From Rikenellaceae bacterium (GTDB lineage Bacteria; Bacteroidota; Bacteroidia; Bacteroidales; UBA932): 64,000 nt of DNA. A program made the position numbers and the translations under genes. The notes below the pieces were generated by a model. The model did no database searches. It saw only the letters and a list, made by a program, of their open reading frames with translations, and was not told the DNA's origin. Shown piece after piece: positions 56,630 through 64,000 of this stretch; the first letter of the stretch is position 1; every line of letters begins with the position of its first letter. The stretch covers positions 2,103-66,102 of the forward strand of contig JAYFOS010000018.1 in NCBI GenBank assembly GCA_034928745.1, given 5' to 3'.

Positions 56630-58825
56630 ATGAAAAAAATAATTTTATCAGTAATATTACTATATATTACCACATTCTCCTTTGCACAGACAATTAATGG
56701 CATTGTAAAGGTACAACGCATTAGCGGAGATGTGGAACCACTTCCTTATGCCTCGGTATATTGGCTTGAAGGAAAACTCTCATTGGAATCAGATGAAGAG
56801 GGAAAATTTACAATTAAAAACAATAATTCTCAGAAAGTATCCCTGATAGCGACATATATCGGATATTCTAAGGATACGGTAGTTCTTGCCCCAGGGGAGG
56901 AGAAAGCGGAATTTCTTCTAAAAGAGGGGAATAATCTAAATGAAGTCAGAGTTGTCGGAAGACAGGAAGGCAATTACATATCTAAAATGACACCAGTAAA
57001 GACAGAGGTAATCTCAGCAGCCGGATTGTGCAAGATGGCTTGTTGTAACCTGGCAGAGAGTTTTGAAAACTCGGCAAGCGTGACTGTCGGTTATTCAGAT
57101 GCTATAACTGGTGCCAGACAGATCAAATTACTAGGATTGTCCGGACAATACACCCAGATGCTTGATGAGAACCGACCGGTAATGAGAGGTATCGCTGCTC
57201 CCTTCGGTCTCTCTTATATTCCGGGTCAATGGCTTGAGAGCATACAGATAGCAAAAGGGCCATCCTCTGTTGTTAATGGTATCGAGGCGATTACCGGGCA
57301 GATAAATATGGAGCACAGGAAGCCGACAGCGGAACAGCCATTGTTCATTAATCTTTTCCTCAGTGACCAGCTTAAGGCAGAAGCCAATGTTGCCTCATCA
57401 CTACAACTGAATCAAAAGTGGAGTACTGTCATACTGGGACATGTCTCTAAAGATTTTATGAATCATGATGGTAACAATGACGGATTTAAGGACGATCCGT
57501 TGACAACACAGTTCAACTTGTCCAATCGCTGGCTTTATGCTCCGTCAAATGGTATTCAGCTTAGATTTGGATTTAAGGCTATGAGTGATGAAAGGATTGC
57601 CGGCATGAATGATTTCAAGGAGGATTCAGAGGTGACTAACACCCTCTGGGGATCAAAAATAAATAATAAAGGTCTGAACGGCTATGTAAAGCTTGGAATT
57701 CCGCTTAATGAGAACAACTCAAAGAATGTGGCCGGTGTCGTAGATTATTCTATGTATGAAATGAACTCATTCTTTGGACAAAAAAGTTATGATGCAACTC
57801 AGAATTCGGTTTTTGTCAACCTGATGCTTCAGAATCAGATAAATGACAAACACAAGTATATACTGGGTCTCAGCGGGCAATACGATAATTTTGACGAATT
57901 CCTTAACAGTGCCTCAATAGGAAGAGTTGAACAATCTGCCGGAGCGTATGGAGAGTATACCTACACAAATGGGGATAAGATTACTTTCGTTACCGGCCTC
58001 AGGCTAGATAATAACAATATCCACGGATGGCTGTTTGCTCCAAGAGTAAATGTAAAGTATGCATTTACTGAGAAGCTTATCCTGAGGGCATCCGGTGGCA
58101 GAGGGTTCAGATCTCCAAATCAGGTTGCCGATAATCTGGGTATTTTGTCAACAGGCAGACGTATCCAACTGGAGGCAAATCCGGATATGGAGGATGCCTG
58201 GACTTATGGGATGAACCTTACCGGTTATATGCCTTTTGGCTTTGATAAAAATGCAACTCTCAGCTTTGAGTACTTCCGGACAGATTTTCAACATCAACTA
58301 ATCGTTGACCAAGAGAGAGATCTTTCGACCATATGGTTATATAATCTTTCAGGACGTTCATATACAAATACATATCAGGCCGACTTCTCTTTTCAGCCGA
58401 TAGAACGCTTTACCGTCTTGCTGACATACAGACTTACTGACGCAAAGGTGACTCTTGAGGGTCAAGGGCTCGTGGAAAGGCCTCTTATGAGTAAGTATAA
58501 GGGAGTGCTTAATTTGCAATATGCAACAAGAATGAACAAATGGACATTCGATTTTACTGCACAGCTCAATGGTCCGGCAAGGTTGCCGAATTTCATGACT
58601 GAGGAGTACTCTCCTGTCTATCCTGTACTGTTTGCCCAAGTAACAAAGAGGTTCAAGAGTCTTGAAGTCTATGTCGGAGGAGAGAATCTGACCAACTATA
58701 GACAGAAAAATCCAATTCTGAATGCTGATCAGCCGTTCAGTGAAGGATTCAACACGACTGTAATATGGGGCCCGCTCATGGGAGTCCGCTTTTATGCAGG
58801 TCTTCGTTTTACTCTTTGGAAATAA
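56630..58825 (+). CDS. TonB-dependent receptor with an N-terminal CarboxypepD_reg-like domain
   Basis: Signal peptide, INGIVKV...EGKFTI carboxypeptidase-regulatory-like fold, plug (NLAESFENSASVTV, IQIAKGPSSVVNG) and a 22-strand-sized barrel ending RFTLWK. Confidence 0.9.
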   Translation: MKKIILSVILLYITTFSFAQTINGIVKVQRISGDVEPLPYASVYWLEGKLSLESDEEGKFTIKNNNSQKVSLIATYIGYSKDTVVLAPGEEKAEFLLKEGNNLNEVRVVGRQEGNYISKMTPVKTEVISAAGLCKMACCNLAESFENSASVTVGYSDAITGARQIKLLGLSGQYTQMLDENRPVMRGIAAPFGLSYIPGQWLESIQIAKGPSSVVNGIEAITGQINMEHRKPTAEQPLFINLFLSDQLKAEANVASSLQLNQKWSTVILGHVSKDFMNHDGNNDGFKDDPLTTQFNLSNRWLYAPSNGIQLRFGFKAMSDERIAGMNDFKEDSEVTNTLWGSKINNKGLNGYVKLGIPLNENNSKNVAGVVDYSMYEMNSFFGQKSYDATQNSVFVNLMLQNQINDKHKYILGLSGQYDNFDEFLNSASIGRVEQSAGAYGEYTYTNGDKITFVTGLRLDNNNIHGWLFAPRVNVKYAFTEKLILRASGGRGFRSPNQVADNLGILSTGRRIQLEANPDMEDAWTYGMNLTGYMPFGFDKNATLSFEYFRTDFQHQLIVDQERDLSTIWLYNLSGRSYTNTYQADFSFQPIERFTVLLTYRLTDAKVTLEGQGLVERPLMSKYKGVLNLQYATRMNKWTFDFTAQLNGPARLPNFMTEEYSPVYPVLFAQVTKRFKSLEVYVGGENLTNYRQKNPILNADQPFSEGFNTTVIWGPLMGVRFYAGLRFTLWK

Positions 58826-58870
58826 TTAATCCTATTCTAAACTTTTTACTAATTTTACAAACAATAAATC

Positions 58871-59188
58871 ATGAAAAATATTATTAAATCAATCTCGCTT
58901 TTACTAGTAGCATCAATCTTTATCTTTGCGAACACAGCAAACGCGCAGGGCAAAAAGAGCAACAAGGATGTTGAAATAACATTCTCTGTTGATATAGACT
59001 GTCCTTCTTGCAAGAAAAAACTTGAGGACAAGCTGCCATTTGAGGCAGGTGTGAAGGATATGAAAATTAATCTTGAAGAGCGCACAATCTGGATGAAGTA
59101 TGATCCAAGCAAGACAGATAAGGTGAAACTTGCAAAAGCTATAGAGAAACTCGGTTATTCTGCCAAAGAGATCGAGGTTAAAAAATAA
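58871..59188 (+). CDS. Secreted heavy-metal-associated (HMA) domain protein
   Basis: Signal peptide (FANTANAQG), a ferredoxin-like fold length of about 75 aa and a CxxC metal motif DCPSCKKK at the canonical loop-1 position. Confidence 0.8.
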   Translation: MKNIIKSISLLLVASIFIFANTANAQGKKSNKDVEITFSVDIDCPSCKKKLEDKLPFEAGVKDMKINLEERTIWMKYDPSKTDKVKLAKAIEKLGYSAKEIEVKK

Positions 59189-59194
59189 CAAGTA

Positions 59195-60004
59195 ATGAAA
59201 GGTTTGACCTCCCTAGCCTTTTTAATGTTAATCACCTTTAATCCACTCTGTTCGCAGGTGAATAAAGGTGATTCTCCTTTTTATGAGAAGATGCGTCTTC
59301 TCTCTTTCCAAGAGAGAGAGAAGCTTATTTCGCAGGAGGTACTTTCAGGAGATATCCCTGAATACATGATAGGTTTTGTTGAGGTCAGGTTCAAAGGCAT
59401 TGATTCACGGGGAGTGCGTCACAAAGTGAAAATTTTTGTCAAGCCTGACTACGTTACTATAGGGAAAGGTCAATCTTCATTTATCGTACCTATGAGCCCA
59501 GCTACTGCTCAGAAAATTGCCGATTCCCTGGATTGCTCATTGCCTACGCCAATGGTTGTAGATATTATATATGCCAATGCAAAGCTCAAGGTCGAACCGT
59601 TCAATTATATACCGCGTGGAGATAGAAATGAGACACCGGATATATTTTTTGACCATTCAAGAGTTATATTTGCACAGATTCGGGCATCAGGATATAATCC
59701 CGGAGTCTTTATTGCCGGAAGTAAAAAAGATATTGTAATAACATCTCTGTTGGAAGACTCTTTACGGAGAACCAATGTTACTATATACGGCTGGCACAGA
59801 TTGGACGGAACTCCCATACAGCCTGTATATAACAAACATCTTGGAAGCTATGTGGATTATAGTCACGGAGTAAGGCTCATATCCAACAAGGTTTTTATAG
59901 ACGGTAAAGAGTACAATTACAGAGACGTTTTGAAAGATAGCGTATATCATGTGCTATTGAGCAATGAGAGAGAACCATTTAAGATAACATCATACCCATA
60001 CTAG
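59195..60004 (+). CDS. Hypothetical secreted protein
   Basis: 269-aa ORF with a signal peptide (FLMLITFNPLCSQ) and no recognisable motif. Starts 6 nt after the HMA gene. Confidence 0.5.
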   Translation: MKGLTSLAFLMLITFNPLCSQVNKGDSPFYEKMRLLSFQEREKLISQEVLSGDIPEYMIGFVEVRFKGIDSRGVRHKVKIFVKPDYVTIGKGQSSFIVPMSPATAQKIADSLDCSLPTPMVVDIIYANAKLKVEPFNYIPRGDRNETPDIFFDHSRVIFAQIRASGYNPGVFIAGSKKDIVITSLLEDSLRRTNVTIYGWHRLDGTPIQPVYNKHLGSYVDYSHGVRLISNKVFIDGKEYNYRDVLKDSVYHVLLSNEREPFKITSYPY

Positions 60005-60008
60005 ATCT

Positions 60009-62507
60009 ATGAAAAAAGTATTATTAACCTCTTTCCTATTATTTTTATCTTTTCTGGCTGTTGATTGCAATGCTCAGTCATGGATAAGGATCAATCAAGC
60101 CGGATATCTGCCTCAGGATATCAAGGTCGCTGTATTTATGTCGCTTGATAGTCTGACGTCTGACCAATTTGAAGTAGTTGATGCCTTGTCACTTAAATCT
60201 GTATTCAAAGGTAACGGTAGAAAGGTTAACGCTAAGGTGTGGGGAATGAAAAATGCTTACAGGATGGATTTTTCATCAATACAATCCAGCGGAGGATATT
60301 ATATCACTTCAAATGGTGTTAAATCACCTGTTTTCAGAATCTCTCCGGATTCATATAACGGACTTTCGGATCTGTTGTTGGTCTATATGAGGCAGCAAAG
60401 ATGTTATGATAATCCGTATACAGGTGAAATTTGCCATGCTGACGACGGTTATATAGTCAATCATCCGACAAGAAACGGTGAGAAGATAGATGTACGCGGC
60501 GGTTGGCATGATGCCACTGATTACCTGCAATATCAGACAACTTCAGGCACGGCTCTCTATCATATGATGTTTGCTTGGCAGCAGCAGAAAGACAAATCGG
60601 TATTTAAGGATTTTTTTGATGCAAGGGGTAGAAAAGGCTCTAATGGAATTCCTGATATCTTGGATGAAATCAGATGGGGAATGGACTGGATGCTCAGGAT
60701 GAATCCTGAGGATAAAGTTATGTTCAACCAGATTGCTGATGATAGGGATCATGCCGGTTTCAGACTCCCTCAAAATGATAAAGTTGATTACGGCTGGGGG
60801 CCGGGTAAGGGACGGCCTGTCTATTTTGTAACAGGAGAACCTACTGGCCTGAAGAAATGGGTGAACCGCACAACCGGGGTTTCGTCTGTTGCAGGAAAAT
60901 TTGCCTCTTGCTTTGCACTGGGCGCTGAAATCTTTAAAGAATCAGATCCGCAATATTCCGGAAAGCTGATGGAAAAGGCAAAGCAAGCATACGCCTTTGC
61001 CGAGGAGAAGCCTGGTAATACTCAGACAGCGTGCGTTGTTTCTCCGTATTTTTATGAGGAGGATACTTATGTAGATGATATAGAGCTTGCAGCTGCCACT
61101 TTTTACAATTTAAGCAATGAAGCTGAATGGGGTGAAAAGGCTGATTACTGGGGTGAACTGGAGCCGGTAACACCTTGGATGGAACTTGGAAGAGGGAGAC
61201 ACTACCAATTTTATCCTTTTATAAATCTGGGTCATTACTACCTTGCTCAATCATCTGACCAGAAGGTTCGAGATAAATATATTGCATATATGAAAGCGGG
61301 TCTTGAAAGCCTGAAAAACAGAGCTACAGATGATCCTTTCATTTATGGCGTGCCATTCCTCTGGTGTTCAAACAATCTGGTTTCTGCAGCCATAACGCAG
61401 GCACATCTCTACAGGAAAGTGACAAACGATAGTACATATCTTGAAATGGAGATGGCATTGAGAGACTGGTTATTCGGTTGCAATCCATGGGGAACCTCCA
61501 TGATCGTTGGTTATCCCGAAGGTGGGGATTATCCTGATTCGCCTCACTCTTCATATACGCAGGTGAATGGAGATCTTACAATAGGCGGATTGGTGGATGG
61601 ACCAATATATTATGACCTGTTTCACGAGAGGGCAGGAGGGGCACTCAGAAAAGCGGACAGCTATGCGCTTTTCAACAATGGAAAGGCTGTTTACCACGAT
61701 GATATAGGGGATTATTCCTCAAATGAGCCGACAATGGATGGTACTGCCGGCCTTACTTATTATTTCTCTGCTATGGAGTCAGAGGGAAAAGATTATGAAC
61801 GGCTGAGAGAGAAAGCTGCAAATGCTGAAAAAGACACATACGGGGCAATAGTGAGGATAAATCCGGACAAGAAAACAATTTATCTGGTATTTTCTGCTGA
61901 CTCGATGTTCCAGGGAGGAGAGACTATTCTCAAAACACTTGATGCCAACAAAATTAAGGGGTCTTTCTTTTTTACAGGCAACTTCCTGAGGTTGGATAGT
62001 ATGAAGGGTATTATCTCGAAAATCGTGAAGAGAGGTCATTTTGTGGGGGGGCACTCTGACGGACATCTGCTTTACGCAGAATGGGGAGCTAAGCGTCAGA
62101 CACTTGTGTCCCCTGACAGTCTTACAGCAGATCTTCGACGAAACTATCAGGAGTTGTCAAAATTCGGAATCAAGCCATCCGATGCATTGTGGTATCTTCC
62201 TCCATACGAGCATTATAATATGGAATCTGTAGAAGTTGTATCAAGGGCAGGACTAAGGACTATTAACTATACCCCCGGGACTGCTACTCCTGCAGATTAT
62301 ACTACACCGGACATGAAAAGCTATAAAAGTAGCAAGGAGCTAATTGATAAACTTTTTACCTTTGAAAAGGAGAAAGGACTGAACGGGGCAATCATCCTGA
62401 TTCATCCCGGTGTCCAAGAATCCAGGAGTGACAAGCTTTATGATCAATTGGGCGTAATTATAAAGAGGCTTAAGAAGCTGGGTTATACATTTGAGAGACT
62501 TAAATAA
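60009..62507 (+). CDS. Fusion protein: Ig-like N-domain + GH9 glycoside hydrolase + C-terminal CE4-type polysaccharide deacetylase
   Basis: WIRINQAGYLP (CelD_N-like start), GGWHDATDY (variant of the GH9 GGWYDAGD motif, both Asp retained), SNEPTMDGTAG (GH9 acid Glu region). After about residue 620: LVFSAD...GHSDGHL (HSxxH) and ILIHPG, typical of NodB/CE4-like deacetylases. Confidence 0.75.
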   Translation: MKKVLLTSFLLFLSFLAVDCNAQSWIRINQAGYLPQDIKVAVFMSLDSLTSDQFEVVDALSLKSVFKGNGRKVNAKVWGMKNAYRMDFSSIQSSGGYYITSNGVKSPVFRISPDSYNGLSDLLLVYMRQQRCYDNPYTGEICHADDGYIVNHPTRNGEKIDVRGGWHDATDYLQYQTTSGTALYHMMFAWQQQKDKSVFKDFFDARGRKGSNGIPDILDEIRWGMDWMLRMNPEDKVMFNQIADDRDHAGFRLPQNDKVDYGWGPGKGRPVYFVTGEPTGLKKWVNRTTGVSSVAGKFASCFALGAEIFKESDPQYSGKLMEKAKQAYAFAEEKPGNTQTACVVSPYFYEEDTYVDDIELAAATFYNLSNEAEWGEKADYWGELEPVTPWMELGRGRHYQFYPFINLGHYYLAQSSDQKVRDKYIAYMKAGLESLKNRATDDPFIYGVPFLWCSNNLVSAAITQAHLYRKVTNDSTYLEMEMALRDWLFGCNPWGTSMIVGYPEGGDYPDSPHSSYTQVNGDLTIGGLVDGPIYYDLFHERAGGALRKADSYALFNNGKAVYHDDIGDYSSNEPTMDGTAGLTYYFSAMESEGKDYERLREKAANAEKDTYGAIVRINPDKKTIYLVFSADSMFQGGETILKTLDANKIKGSFFFTGNFLRLDSMKGIISKIVKRGHFVGGHSDGHLLYAEWGAKRQTLVSPDSLTADLRRNYQELSKFGIKPSDALWYLPPYEHYNMESVEVVSRAGLRTINYTPGTATPADYTTPDMKSYKSSKELIDKLFTFEKEKGLNGAIILIHPGVQESRSDKLYDQLGVIIKRLKKLGYTFERLK

Positions 62508-62517
62508 ATTTATATAT

Positions 62518-64000
<1,483 letters not shown>

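Noticed and set aside
56630-58825. TonB-dependent receptor considered as the missing outer-membrane component of the peptide exporter
   Set aside because: TonB-dependent receptors are importers by family. The gene follows its own exact -7 promoter motif at 56128 and is flanked by metal-type partners, so I treat it as a separate module. A role in uptake of the exported peptide cannot be excluded.
49909-60004. Accessory block considered as a mobile genomic island
   Set aside because: There is no integrase, transposase, tRNA target or flanking direct repeats visible in the window. A composition shift cannot be assessed reliably by eye.

Overview
This is a densely packed 64-kb chromosomal window with clear Bacteroidota (Bacteroidales-like) signatures. 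These are a fused lpxC/fabZ, the moxR-DUF58-batABCDE aerotolerance operon, a TonB-dependent receptor with a CarboxypepD_reg-type N-domain, many exact TAnnTTTG -7 promoter motifs, and frequent ATGA/TAATG start-stop overlaps. I call about 58 protein-coding genes, two of them partial at the window edges and one a 42-codon ORF missing from the supplied track. I found no rRNA, tRNA, CRISPR array, transposase or integrase. The stretch 0-49.9 kb is core housekeeping: truA, tpx, rplY-pth-hslR, manA, purB, folP, tmk, murB, rimP-nusA-infB, lpxD-lpxC/fabZ-lpxA, proS, tilS and sppA. Interspersed among these is a striking number of secreted peptidases (M1, M28, S41, M49, C11, M64). The stretch 49.9-60 kb looks accessory. 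It holds a histidine kinase/OmpR-type regulator pair, divergent from a small ORF (52026..52154) that encodes a near-consensus double-glycine-leader peptide with an unusual acidic, Cys-free 23-aa core. That ORF is followed by a C39-peptidase ABC exporter, an HlyD-family adaptor and a translationally coupled Cys-rich membrane protein. I consider this peptide export and possible signalling locus the best candidate for a new system. Next to it, under its own promoter motif, is a His/Cys-rich anchored protein + TonB-dependent receptor + secreted HMA-domain protein cluster. A second oddity is a lipoprotein at 42258..43481 with a 92-residue stretch that is 52% Tyr/Trp/Phe, co-oriented 8 nt upstream of a beta-barrel gene. 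All family assignments rest on motif recognition by eye; no database search was run.
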